The notes under the pieces were generated by a model. That model was not told the DNA's origin and did no database searches. It was given only the letters and a program-made list of their open reading frames with translations. From positions 1 to 64,000 of the forward strand of contig JAUCBJ010006769.1 in assembly GCA_032718475.1 (NCBI GenBank): a DNA stretch of 64,000 nucleotides. Reading direction: 5' to 3'. Positions 47,302 through 60,316 of this stretch are shown piece after piece. The translations under genes and the position numbers were made by a program. The stretch is from Nemertoderma westbladi (lineage: Eukaryota; Animalia; Xenacoelomorpha). Position 1 is the stretch's first letter. The number at the start of each line of letters is the position of its first letter.

Positions 47302-48515
47302 GGGTTTCCATAGGCCTCTGTCCAACATAAAGTGAAAATCGCTCTGATTGGCTGAATAGGCAGAACAAAGAGGTTCCACGTCTACAGGAAATCAGCTGAC
47401 AGATTTCGTCATCTGAGCTCCAATCTCTTCCCGTCACGTAGGGGAATAAATTCAGGGCTATTTTAGAGTATTCTGCGCATTGCGGAAAAAATGACTTGTT
47501 ATGTCCGCAAAAGCACCTACATTGCGCATTGCGGGAAAAATGACTTGTTATCTCCGCAAAAGCTTTTACACTCCCTATCATCCTTTCACATAAGCATACC
47601 AGCATAAGCGTAAGCAAGTTTGATCGATTTCCATGCCTATCCCAGGCATGGACCGTCTGTACTTGGCAATCGCTCAAATCCATTCAGCTGAATGGCACAG
47701 TAGAGTAAACTAAAGTAAATTCCCTATACAATGTTCTGAAGGGGAGACTGACAGAGAGTAATCCAACAATAAAACATTTTGCAATAATGTTGGCATTAAT
47801 GTAGCCAACACACTGTCATTCAGCTTACATTAGCAGAGTGAGATACTTCCATAGAATGCATTGGGAAGAGTAATTCAGCTGAGGCAATAATAGATTTCAA
47901 ACTAAACCAACCAGTTAATATTTGCTTTGACAGAGTGTCCTAGGGCTTAAACAAACAGTATGGGTGTACTGAGTACAATACTGTAATCTTGGCAACCTCA
48001 TCGATTTATACTAAGCCTTGTGTAGAAATCCATTACATAAGCCATTTTTCATCACGACACCAGCTGTTATTGGTGTTATTTTACCATTGCGCCTAAGGCG
48101 TTTTTTCGTTTATGTCTATTTTTCGAGCCCACGGCTCATGGACGAAATAGCGGAACATACCAGGGACCTTAGAATCGCGGTATCTAGCCGCTGTGAAAAT
48201 TTCATCAAAATCGTTAGAGTAGTTTTGGCTGTAGATCAGTCAGCCAGCCAGTCAGTCAGCCACGAGCAATTCTTACAGTAATGAACCTCTTAACAGTAGT
48301 GATTGCCTGCTGTCGTCGGCATCATTGATGGCATCAACAATGCCCCCTTGTTGTGGGAGGCCCTAGGCCGCGGCCTACTCGGCCTATATGCCTAAATCCG
48401 GCCCTGATTATTAAAAAAATAGATTTAAATAAATACATCAAATACATAAACAATTATATACTCTATCAACTTTATAATAGTAGGCTCCCTACTGCACTAT
48501 AATATTAAATATATA

Positions 48516-49116
48516 TGGCGCTTTAAGTATAAAAACAGAGTTATGACTTATTCTAATCACAACTAGATGGCCACAGAGTTTCGTAAATAGCGCATTCTTT
48601 AGGAGATGCTTTATTATCTGTCACACTACTTCACACGACTTCACACTAATTTACACTGATTCACACTAATTTGCCGACCGTCGCTGAATTTGATCATATA
48701 TAAGGAGGATTGCAACTGACACACGTAGGGATTATGAAATAGCATTTAATTCACACAAAACCACTATAATTTAAGTCGCAGTTGCTACCGGTAGACTCTT
48801 TCTCCGCTTACCTCATTAATCGAGAAGATTGAGGGGGTTTATGATTATTTATAGGTATTCTCCAAATATAATATCCTTAAATATAAACAACAATTAACAC
48901 AATATAAAACAGCAGTAAAACGGTGCTGTGAACAGTCAGTATGTGTTCATGAAGTTCAGTTTGGTGCAATGCGTCGTATTGAGTAGTTAATAGATTTACG
49001 TTCTTATAACAAAGGCCATCAGATGTTCTTGGGCCAAAGTCTGAAATGACCGTACTTAGTACAGAATCCTGAGAGGAATCTAATTCTCAGAAAAACCATA
49101 ACCATAATGCATTGCG
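48516..49116 (+). repeat. ~600-bp dispersed direct repeat, copy 2
   Basis: Diverged copy of 46669-47301. Confidence 0.9.
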
Positions 49117-49505
49117 CTAGTGGTAATTAGGGATTAGTGGTAATGTGGCTGAGGGCTACAACATTTAGATGGAGTCTTCTTATATTTAGCTAAGTTAACC
49201 TTTCTTTGGCTACCCAATATGCCTGGGTTGGGACAATGTTAATCCTATCTGGTCGGGCTGCTAATATAACTAACATATTTTGCTTTGCTGGAAAGGCAAA
49301 GCATTTTACAGAAGTAGTAGGGTCTTGGCCGGCTCTGCGACAGTTAGACCTAACTGACACCCATTGGGTGTCATATGACACCCAATTATCACCCTATGGG
49401 TGTCATTGGGTGTCATTGGCGCCAGACTGTCTGGGTGACACCTCCCAATTAGGCTAATTAGACCCTAATTGACAGGTGCACCCCATCAATTAATTAGTAC
49501 TAAAT

Positions 49506-51420
49506 TGGAGAGATACGCCTATTCCTACTATCGGAAGAGACGGTAACAATACCTGCAATATCCTACTGTAAAGTTTGTAAATCAAATCATAAATCCGACC
49601 TTCTCACCAAAACAGTAAACCCTAAGTAAGCGAATATATTGCAGTATCGATCTCTTTTAACCGGTGAGGCAGAAAACAGTCTACGAGCAGACAAACTTCG
49701 ATAAAACAAAATCCCGCGCAGCGAATCCTAAAATCAGGCTGACTCACTGACGGACTAAGGGGCTCGTATACTTTGCCGCGGTGTGATTTATATGGTTGGG
49801 CAAAGGGACGCTAGCTAGGTATAGAGCAGATTTGGAGATGGCTAACTAGCGAGCAAAGTGCAGTAAGGACGAAAGTTAATTTTATATATTTCGAGGTGTA
49901 AATAATTTCTAACGCGCGTGTGTTAATTCTGAACGGTCAAAACAGTTTTGCTCCTTCACATATATAATTACTGGGTACGGTGTGCATTTTACGAATATTC
50001 TAATTTTATAACTTGTAGGTCCAATACTCACGAATGATAAGGTTCCTTCCCCTCTTGCGTATTTCCAGGACTCAAATTCAGGCATAAGGTTAATACTACG
50101 CCCAGAATTCGGCAATTTTAGGTACCAGGTCCCTGATACTAAGAAGAGATGTGTTAGTTTACTACTGTAGGCGTACAGGTACTAATAGCTATCCTGGCTC
50201 CTATCTAGAATTTTAGTCACCCAGGTAGTCCGGGTAACTTCCTATTAGGGCGTTGGCGGGGACACGGTAGATGTTAGTATATCCCTGATAGCCTCAATTT
50301 ATTTGCGCCTAGCGTAAACTGCCCTACCGCCTGAACGGTACAATCCCAATTCAGGTGAAAACACAGCAACCCCCCTAGCCTACAAGTTCTGATGTAATAG
50401 ACACGGTCGTACTGCAAATAGTCGCACACACACCTGTACTTAGCAAGAGTTAAGCGTACAGTTTGCTGCACCCTAACCAATGTGTATGCCTTGTACCGGT
50501 GTGCCTACGTCCTATCTGCGTACTAGTATCTGCTCTCTCTCCTCCCCCCCCGTAGGAATATGAAGGTCTACTGCGGTTTTTCCCTGAATCAAGACAGTAC
50601 AGTCCCTATGATGTAATTTTAGGCTTGCAGCGTGTCACTACGTCTACCTTTGTATCTTTTGGTCTTACACTTAGGTAGCAAGGATCGAACGCTGTCTAAC
50701 CTTTCAGGCGATGGGCGAATAACTAGATGGTATTGCGGGTTGTCTCTCGTCTACATTCCCGTGATGTTCCCGTTCATTGCTGTGGCCCGATCTCTAGCTG
50801 GCCATCCTGTCCCTGAGTTTGTTCACCGTAGTGAAACCATATTAAAACAGATAGAAAAGCTGAGAGATGTGACTAGTATTTTTGACTTTATTACAAAACA
50901 TATAATAACTATTATACAATAAACAATGTAATCTGAAATAAGACAGAAAGTGAATGATGGAAATTGAGATTAGTAATTGATAACTAATGAACGAATCGCA
51001 CCTTTATATACTAAATTTGTGCCGCAATCAATCGAGAAAATTCTCGATTGTTCTATGGGTTCTAACAAGGTTTTAAAGATAGCTTATTGGTCCAGCTAAT
51101 ATATAACTTGCACGACATTGGTTACAATCAAATAACTACAGCCTTATTGGTACAGACAAATGCAATTAATTTGTAGCGGTTAATTTAAATGAGTTGAAAT
51201 TCTGCACAAAAAATAATTCGCACTTACTAGGATTCGAACTCGATACCTACTACACTTATAATTTCCAACGCTCTACCAACTGAGCTACTGAACCACTTGA
51301 CCGATAGATACATAATAGATAGAACCAATACTAATGAGAACTCAAAGTAATCTTTACAAAGTTAATTCGAATAAAATAAAATTTTGAAAATCCACGGCAT
51401 TTAGGGAATATAATTCTATA
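49506..51420 (-). repeat. Putative 3' LTR of element B
   Basis: Starts right after CATGGAGCGG (begins TATAG rather than TG) and has CCAAT/TATA. The distal end is inferred from the junction with the MITE at ~49500 and a terminal CA. Confidence 0.55.
51205..51295 (-). ncRNA. tRNA-like Pol III unit within the LTR of B
   Basis: A box TAGCTCAGTTGG, perfect D arm GCTC-AGTTGGTA-GAGC, B box GAGTTCGAATCC, then TTTTTT. Confidence 0.55.
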
Positions 51421-52229
51421 CCGCTCCATGAAAACAGGATATTATCGTGCATAAAATATACGGTTTTCACCAATAATCAATCAAACTATAGAATACTTAG
51501 GGCGTACTTACATATTTACAATTAAATTTCAAACAATACTTCCTTTCTTCGTAATGATTCGATACAAAATAATTACAAATTCAAACTTTACGTATTTAAA
51601 GGCTTTACTAAGTAAGTACAATATAAATCTAAATTAAATTCACCAATATAAATCTATTGCATCTCAAATATTGCATAAATTCAAACAATTACAAATACAA
51701 ATAAATGTAAACAATAAGAAAGGCTCGCAAGTCTTCCATCTACTATTGCATCCCAAATATTGCATAAATTCAAGTAATTACAAATACTTTCGTACCTAAA
51801 TGTAGATTGCATAAGTTTGGAATAATTACAAATATGAGTCTTTCTGAGCACAAAATTTTCTGTCTATATAACTTTCTCTTTTACACTGTAAATACAAATA
51901 CTGCTTATAAAATATAGTATTCGGAACAATACAAATTGCATAAGTTTGGAATAATATTGCATAAGTTCGGAATAATTACAAATATAAAATATAAATTCTT
52001 ACTAAATATAGATCTTACTAAATATAAGTCTTTACTTAAATATAAATATAAACTGCATAAGTTTAGAATAATATAAACCTTTGCATCTCAAATATGAAAC
52101 ATAAATCTTTCAAATATAAGTTCCTTCTAAATATAAACTTTGTTTTCTAAATATAAAACATATAATTCAAAATAAATCACAAATCATAAGAAAGGCCCAC
52201 GAGTCTTCCGTCCACCCTTGCCCTCCCTT

Positions 52230-53666
52230 TTATCGCTTAGTAGATCGAGCCCTGCCGCGTCCTCGAAAACTGCGCACAGGTGACTTTGCTCGCGATATGG
52301 GACTAATGGGGCGAGTCACTGGTTTACTTGGGACGTTGAGAGACGGTGCGACTATTTCCTCACAAATTCGTCTATTTGGCATCCCAAAACCTCGACCAAT
52401 TCCTCGTGACCGATCAGTTGTGGCTACAGTCGGTAGAACGTCTGGGAACGCGTGAGAAGCGGACGACGCAGACCCAAGAGTAGCTTGCGCCCCCTGTTGA
52501 TCAGCTGGTGTATGTCCCGATCCTCCTACCGGTTCTCTTGGAAGTGATACCGTATCCCGAGTAACTCGAATAGTCGGCTCAACTCCCTTACGTTCTTCCA
52601 CATTAATAATTTTCTTCAATTGTTGGCCCACCTTCTGGACCCGTATGATCCTACCCTGCCCGTCCTCCCGAGGGTGACGTGCAGACGGCGCAACCGGAGT
52701 GGCTGGTATATTCGTCGCCTCTAGGACCTCTTCTTCCTCGAATACGCTCGCTCGTATACGTTTATGGTAAAACGCGGCTCGGTACGCCCATGCGACGGTT
52801 AACCAAGCTCCTTTATTCCGCTTTTCGGTTCGGAAACGATCAAATTCACCATACGTGATACGATTTACGACTTTCTGAAAATTCCACGTGTTCTTGTTAT
52901 CCGGGTGAATCTGTAACAGATACTCGCGCACCACTCGGAATCCGCTGTCGTGGGGCAAAATATCAACAACCTCGATAAGTTCGTCATATTGGGGCATAGC
53001 GGAGATATATCCTTCCGACATCATCGTCTGAGGATTTACCGCCCAAAATCCGAGATGCGCTCTCATCGGAAACCGTCTTCTCTGTGCCGATACATGTTCG
53101 TCGGCTAAATCTTCCCACTCATCAAATAACTTCCTCACGAGTTTTACAGATTCGTGTTCATAAGGTATGTCTCTCAGTTGGCATTCAGATGCTCGATGTC
53201 CCTTTATATTGCAGTAAGTACATTGAGCCATAAATCTCCAGCAAGTATAAAAGGTATGAGACCCTTGATCCCCACACCATCCACAGATTAGCTGAGTCGT
53301 AGTAATGTGCTTTCCACTGCACTTTGCCATATGATGTCCAGCGACGCCACATTTACTACACATCGTATTAGCAGGGTACCACACTCGTTCGTATATAAGA
53401 TCTCCAATCGGTCGAGCGCTTCCTCCCATACTATAATCGTAATCATCTGGGTCTATGGGTTGGTAGGTTTCTGAAGGTTGTATACAAACTATAGCATCTG
53501 TTGCTTCGAGTTGTCGAATCTCCGTCTGAGATTTCTTCGGGAGGTTCCTTTCTATCTCAAGAAGTTCCTCTAAAGGATCGTCGGCGATCGTAGTAGTTAC
53601 GTTGAATTCATCACCAAGGTGACCGATAGGCGCACGCGTCTGCCGTGATTCATCCGTAATCTCCAC
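52230..53666 (-). CDS. Accessory protein, C-terminal part: three CCHC-type knuckles and an RG-rich basic tail
   Basis: CSKCGVAGHHMAKC, CGWCGDQGSHTFYTC, CTYCNIKGHRASEC; RGRGRARS. Overlaps the upstream ORF, so probably one frameshifted gene. Confidence 0.75.
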   Translation of the reverse strand: MEITDESRQTRAPIGHLGDEFNVTTTIADDPLEELLEIERNLPKKSQTEIRQLEATDAIVCIQPSETYQPIDPDDYDYSMGGSARPIGDLIYERVWYPANTMCSKCGVAGHHMAKCSGKHITTTQLICGWCGDQGSHTFYTCWRFMAQCTYCNIKGHRASECQLRDIPYEHESVKLVRKLFDEWEDLADEHVSAQRRRFPMRAHLGFWAVNPQTMMSEGYISAMPQYDELIEVVDILPHDSGFRVVREYLLQIHPDNKNTWNFQKVVNRITYGEFDRFRTEKRNKGAWLTVAWAYRAAFYHKRIRASVFEEEEVLEATNIPATPVAPSARHPREDGQGRIIRVQKVGQQLKKIINVEERKGVEPTIRVTRDTVSLPREPVGGSGHTPADQQGAQATLGSASSASHAFPDVLPTVATTDRSRGIGRGFGMPNRRICEEIVAPSLNVPSKPVTRPISPISRAKSPVRSFRGRGRARSTKR

Positions 53667-54544
53667 GATACGTTTTGAGCAAAGTTTATGCTCTCGAAAA
53701 CTTCCGGTGTCATCTCCTTAGCTGAAGTTTGATCGTGTGACGTCCAATGGCAAGGTAGGCTCGCGAGTCTTCCACCCCATTCTTCCATCTCACCTTTCTC
53801 GAAAGCCTTGTAGGCTCTGTATAGGCTAAGAGCTTCTTTCTTTTCGCGGGTTGACTGATTCGCCTCGTCCAGCGTAAGTTCAAATACATCGGGTTCAACA
53901 ACCTTAGGTGGGTAAATGACAGTTTCTCCCGCCTTTGGTCCGGTCATAGCAAATGAGTGATATGGATTCGATAAAGGATACCCTCCTTCCTGGTAGCGTA
54001 GTTGTTGATGATTCGAACACCTCGCCAATATCGGTTCGGGATTTTCCTTATTCAAACGCATCGGAATCGCATTTCGTTGTTCGCGCATACAAGAACCGCA
54101 TTGATAATAAAGTTTATAAACTGAAAATGCTTCTTTGGTTTCTCTATCGTCCCCTCGAGTTCGTCTGTAAAGATGCATTCCATCGAATTCATCTCTTACC
54201 GCGGGCATAGGTTCGTGCGCCTTTAGGTATTGCATGGTATGATACAAACGACTAATTTCAGTATCGGGGTCTTCGCTAATGTCTCCCGTATCACACAAAG
54301 CGTCGTACGGGTAAAGTTCATTGAAGGTTTGGCGCAAACTTTCGATTCTTTCGTTTAATGCGTTTTGCCTTCTCTTTAATACATTCGAGTCATATTTAGT
54401 TCTCGCGAGTTTCGCTGTACTTTCCGATAATTCTTTTATACCAAATATAGTATAATCCTTGGCTCCAAATCTTTCGAATGGCGCTGCTGCCTCCTCTTGG
54501 ATATCATATCCCCATCTCGGCTCTCCTTGTGTCCCTTTCTCCAT
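53597..54544 (-). CDS. Accessory protein, N-terminal part (unknown function); probable start MEKGTQ
   Basis: Long open frame with a homolog in element A; preceded by a branch point and acceptor. Confidence 0.7.
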   Translation of the reverse strand: MEKGTQGEPRWGYDIQEEAAAPFERFGAKDYTIFGIKELSESTAKLARTKYDSNVLKRRQNALNERIESLRQTFNELYPYDALCDTGDISEDPDTEISRLYHTMQYLKAHEPMPAVRDEFDGMHLYRRTRGDDRETKEAFSVYKLYYQCGSCMREQRNAIPMRLNKENPEPILARCSNHQQLRYQEGGYPLSNPYHSFAMTGPKAGETVIYPPKVVEPDVFELTLDEANQSTREKKEALSLYRAYKAFEKGEMEEWGGRLASLPCHWTSHDQTSAKEMTPEVFESINFAQNVSWRLRMNHGRRVRLSVTLVMNST

Positions 54545-55210
54545 AATTAGAGGTGTAGTTACATAATCATTACTACTAGAGGGAATACAACAGAGTTTGT
54601 GGTTAGTTGTGAGGAGACGTGAGAGTTTCGTCTGCCCTTTGGGCTTCGACAACGCTCTAACCTCCTACCCATAGCCTAAGATCTAGGGTTTCTTTAATGA
54701 CACGCTGCTTCTTATCTAAAATTTTTTTTTTGCCGAAGTAAAAACGAATTTGGGCTAAACTGGCCGTGAGTCTAAAATACTCACTTTTTGATCCCAAACT
54801 ATTATCAGAAAATAAGCAATCAAGAATTAGTAATAAATATAGGGGAGTCAAATTTGACGTAACTTATTGAAACAAGACCGTGTAAAATTTAATTAAAATT
54901 TTTAAGAAAGGCTCGCAAGTCTTCCTCTCTTGTTTCTCTAATTTTAAGTTCCACCCGACTGTACCCTGAAATCTATTCACTGGAGAAAATTTTAAAAAAT
55001 TTTTCAAATCCAAATGGATTGTCTAAAATTTCGAAAATGTCTCAATATTGTGAGTTCCAAGTAGAATTCCATTTCTTATACCTCCAAATCCCGCTCCTAT
55101 GTGACACATAAGGGTACTACCCTCAATGTTCACATATAAAGACAATGGAATTCTACCGCTGTCCTTACTACGGTGTACAGGTACGTGGAAATCTATTTGT
55201 AAACTCCTAA

Positions 55211-58200
55211 TTATTTACTAGTATTAGGTGGAGATTTGTAATCTCCAGACTCGTTACGAGTCTCTTCAAGAAGTACAAGACGTTGAGTCGGTCTGTCTAC
55301 TGTACGACCGTCAATTGTTCGTACCGTCACAGTTCTTGTCACTCCATCCATAGATGGATGTGTGGCTAAAATGACACCTGTTATCCAGAAGCGTCTTTTT
55401 AGATTCACTTCTGCCAACAGCACGTGATCTCCCGGCTTTAATGCGCGGGTGTTATTATACCAGTTTGTTCTGGCAGAAATAGAGGGCAAATAATGGTTTT
55501 GCCATATTTCCCAGAATTTGTTAGCCAGTAGTTGCGTGATTTTCCACGCTTTTCTCCCGTAACTATCGCTTTCCATTGGAATGGAAATCGGTGTCAAAGT
55601 CGTCGGTGCCTGCATTAGCAGGTGTGCCGGTGTCAAAGCAAACTGGGATTGTTTGTCATCGGGTACTAATACTATTGGTCTAGTATTTAGTATTGCCTCG
55701 ATTTCAACAAACAATGTTGTCAGTTGGTCGTCTGTTAATATGTGGTTTACTGGAATGACCTTTGCCATTGCTGTCTTTATAGATCTAATCAGTCTCTCCC
55801 AGACTCCGCCTCTCCAAGGACTATCTGGAGGATTGAACTTCCAAACAATCTTGTGAGGTTGCAGTTCGTTTGAGATTTGATCATGATCTAATTTCTTAAA
55901 GGCTCTAGCAATTTCATTCCGAGCACCAACAAAGTTTGTCCCTTGGTCTGAGTACAAGCATTTTACTAGTCCGCGTCTAGCGATAAATCGCCGCAGTGCT
56001 AGTATAAACGCGTTGGTGGAAAGATCCATCACACGTTCAATGTGAACTGCCCTACTGGACATACATGTGAAAATCAGTCCCCAGCGTTTTACTAGTATGC
56101 GTCCACGTTTAGTATGTATGGGACCAAAGCAATCAATTCCAGTCTCTGTAAAAGGTGGTCTGAATGCTTGAAGTCGTGCTTGTGGTAGTTCACTCATTTC
56201 TTGGGTACCTATTCTAGAATGTACCTTTTTACAAATAATACACGTACGTGTCACTGAACTTAATGCTTTACTGGGTCTAATTAATACAAATCTAGTACGT
56301 AAGTAGGAAAGACAGTGGTGTCTTCCAGCGTGTTTCAGATGTAGATGTGCGTCCAGTATCATTGCACGTTGTAGTTCGTGGTGTTGCGGTATTATTATTG
56401 GGTACCTAAAGTTCGTGTTAAAGTCAATGTTTTGAAGCCGAGATTTATGACAAATTAAGCCATTATAAATTATCGGACTCCAACTCAGTATCGGTGACGA
56501 CTTGATTGGTTGACCTTGATGTATAGATGTGAATTCGCGCGCGAAATATCGCAGTTGATAATGGCGAATTAATATAATCTCACACCTGTCAATCTCAGCC
56601 AATGTAAGTCGACGTGTGAAGTCACGTTTGCCTTTAACGTATTGTACAAAACGTACAATCCACGCTAATTTTCGGCAAGCGTTTGACCAAGAGTCTGTTA
56701 AGTTTACAATACGGTCGACGTAAGTATTTGTGACGTCATCAGGTAAGTCAATGGAGAACTTGGAAGGTTTTGAATTACTAGAAGGGCCCACGGGTCCGCC
56801 GGTAAGTATTCCCTTGTTGACTGTTGATCCGTCCGGGTCTACAAGTAATTTGTCCTTCTTTGTCTTCTTACCTTGATTGTCGGTACTTTGTAAGTCGATC
56901 GCTAATGGTGGTTTGAACTCTATGGGGTCAGCAGGTTTTGGTAAACTTAATTTTCTGCCGACATTAATCCCAGGTCTCAACGTAGGTTGCAAGTTCGGTA
57001 TGTCTCTTGAGCGCAAAGTAACACCTGTATTTACATTAGCGTAGGTACTACCCACATCTGCAATACATGAGGTTTCACCATGCTTATGGTTGCTCAAGTG
57101 TGTCAAAATTGGTAGTTTGTCAATACAAGGCCGCTCCAATAGAGAAACTGCGGCTTTATTGTTAGTCAATACATTACTAGTGTCTAGTCGACTGTCTAGT
57201 AGTGTGTCTGGCGATACGTCTGGTAACGTATCTGGTTGTTTGTCAATAGAAGGCCGCTCCAATAGAGAAACTGCGGCTTTACTGTTTGTCAGTGCGTTTC
57301 TAACGTCTGGTGGAACATTTTGTGATATGTCTGGCAAAATGTCTGGTTGGCTGTCTAGTAACGTGTCTGGTTGACCGTCTGGCGATATGTCTGGTTGACC
57401 GTCTGGCGATATGTCTGGTGTAGAAAGGCTCGCAAGTCTTCCTCTCTTGACCTTTGAAGTTATATCCTTCCATTTTGCCTTCGGTTTCTTCTTGAGTTTC
57501 GCCGCCGTTGTCTTTTTCTTTGTATCGACGGGCATTGTTGGTGTCGTTGGGGTAGGTAGACTCGCAAGCCTATCATCTGTCGTCGATGGAATCTCTAGCT
57601 GACTCGTCTTCTCCCCAAGTTCTAAACTCACCTTGTGGATTAGCTGCTCCTTGTGACTTATCATACTAGTTACACGTCTGTTATGTTTTGTATGTAAGGT
57701 AGTATGGTCTACGTCGTGTGAAAAGGAATGAATTGAATTTATAGTTAATAAACTACATGTACTCTGTACATCGTCTTCCTCGTCACTTACGTCTAGTGTG
57801 CGCACAGGCGCTCGAGTATACCACCCTATCGGCGTTCTGCAGGCGTATGCGTTTCCTGCTACAACTGTCGATGGTCTGGTTTCCCACACCTGATGTAGGT
57901 TGAATTGGTCCGTCCCGATCAGCATTGCTACCGATCTATAATTGGCAGGACATTCGGGTACACCAAGGTGTCTAAAATACTTACGGTCCTCTAGAGATTG
58001 TGCCGGCACTGGACCTAGTAGGTTACTAAAGTCCTTCGTGGCCGCAAAGGTTAAATCTCTAAAGGGTAACAAAGACCTCTCCCTCTCGCTGTGTTGCGAT
58101 TTTGGAAGAAGAGAGTCTAAGTCTAACTTAACTCGTGTCACTGGTATTGCACGCTGTCCGTGCATACTACTTACTGTATAACTGACGTGCTTACCTTGTC

Positions 58201-59129
58201 TAAGATCTGTTACGACGTCAGCTATCTTTTCATCTACGTAACTGTGAGATGAGGCTGAGTCTAGAATCGCGTAAATCCTCTTACTTCCTTTTGTGCCAGT
58301 AACTTTAATCGGGATTACACTGAATCCCTTCAGTTGGTCAGTGGTCAGGAGCGCGATTGACGGTTGTTCGTCTCCATTTGAATATTCGTCGTCTTCTGAT
58401 TCTTCGTCCGACGATCCGGATTGTTCTGAAAAGCAATCCTCTATATGGGTCACGAAAGTCGGAGTCGTTTTCGATTCCCGTTTTCGGTAAGCCGCATCAC
58501 ATCTCGCTGCTGCTTCCGGGTGTTCCCTGGCGAAGCGTTTCGTCGGCGTGTGGCTGTCTGTGTGGAGCAGACCGTCGTGGTTGCGTCCACAGGATGGACA
58601 AGTGTCGGTATTTGGGCAATCCTTACGGACGTGTCCGTGTCGCGTACACCGCCAACAAGAGTCCAGTGGCCGTATCTGCAGCCGTCGTTCTTCTGAGTTC
58701 AACTCGCGAAATTGTCGACAACCTCGTAACTTGTGACCAATATACCGCTTACCTAAATGTTCGCAGTATTGGCAGCCGTTGAAGTCGGCGCTGAGTTGCT
58801 GTCTCGTCTGTTTCGTTCCAATGGGCGCAGATACTCTATTACCGTCTGAGAATTGTCGTGATTCCGTCGGTGTGGCGTAAGTGGCCGTCTTTGTGGATGT
58901 TGTCTGGGGTTTTTGTCGGTTGGAGGATGGCAGTGTGATCCCTTCTGCCACGATGTGCTGGTCGGTATAGTTAGATCGAGTCTCTACTACCGCCTCCCTG
59001 GATATTAAAAGGTACACATCTTCTAATTTTAGGAATCCTCCTCGCTCCTCTCGCTGATATTCGACCTTCCTCCACTCCCGACGAAGTCGATGGTGGAGTC
59101 GTCCTATTATCTTTAATAACGCTTGTGTC
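55211..59129 (-). CDS. Element B polyprotein, 3' part: Gag knuckles, protease, linker, integrase (no RT/RNase H)
   Basis: CWRCTRHGHVRKDC, ILDSAS, RTPIGW, low-complexity linker, HAG..CIIC, DCFGP, SDQGTNF, WERLI. No YxDD or DAS motif. Confidence 0.92.
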
Positions 59130-60316
59130 CTTTTGGGCTCCTCCCCGAGGCGCACCCATGAGGCGGACACCTTTCCACCACCCCTGGGGCCAGTCCGACA
59201 GATGTTATTATCAGACCGGGCCGGAGGGTGGCCTGATGCTTCCCGGGTTCTGTTTTCGGTCCCCCGATCACACCAGCACAGCTCGTCGAACGTGTAGCCA
59301 GATGGGCGGCTACTGTCAACTTACTGTGGCCTGACTGTACATTGAGCCAACTCAAAGTATAACAAAGAGTCAACCGGCAGGTGGACCAGTCGATAGCGAT
59401 CGAGCACCAAGGTCGCCCTTGGGCCTAACCGACGGTCTTGTCCCATGTGGGCTTGCGCTACCCAACATGGAATATTGACACGTTTTCACCTGCCTCGCCG
59501 GCAGTATTGAGGGGACACCGTTCCTCAACAATACTGACTAGCTCGAAAGCTAGAAACAAGTAACCACTTACCCGTCCTGTACACGTGTACTCAACAGATG
59601 TTCACGAAATCAAGTACACTACGGTAAACACAAATCTGACACATACCATGCACACACAGAGGACATAATCGGGTAAAGACAAAATCGGGGTCAAAATCAG
59701 AAGGGACAAATTGTATCGATCGGAGGCAAATCGAGAGTACCTTACTTTGCCGTCAGGGCAAAATAACTTTGTGTGCACAAAGTATGCTGGGGTGCAGTAA
59801 AGTATGGTCCTACTAATACCAGCGGCGTCTTGTCCAACTGGTAAGGGTTCCCATACCCACTCGCAGTGGCCACACATACAATCACATGTACTCACGTACC
59901 CACAGCAACAGAAAGCTCAAAGCCCGACGGTTTATTCCAATGCCACCAAAGACCAATCAGCTGAACATGGAGACAATAACATATAGTATCAAAAAAACGG
60001 AACAGCTGATGGTCAATGGAACCATCCAAGCCCCAAGCAAACTGCCACTGATCGCCCACATACAAAACATAGTCCACGCCACATGAACCACAAATCACGC
60101 CATGCCACCACCCCTACTGTGTACAGGACTGGCAGTACGGCAACAGGCCGACTAGACGGTACCACGGCACCATGGCAATTCATGGTTCGTTAGACACGAG
60201 GGCCTTAAGTATCTCCCTAGCACTATATACCCCAATTTAACGTGCCCCCAGACCCTCACGAGTCCGCCGCCGCCTGTTACAGTCACCCCTATAGAGACCT
60301 CACCTCTTTAGGTAAC
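59130..60316. mobile_element. Unclassified 1187-bp insertion in gag of element B
   Basis: Flanked by TGTC at 59126-59129 and 60317-60320. Removal restores YGNTPTQALLKIIGRL in frame. Confidence 0.8.

Noticed and set aside
59130-60316. Insertion as an introner (starts GT and ends AG on the minus strand)
   Set aside because: Splicing would leave the 4-bp duplication and shift the frame; weak donor and no polypyrimidine tract.
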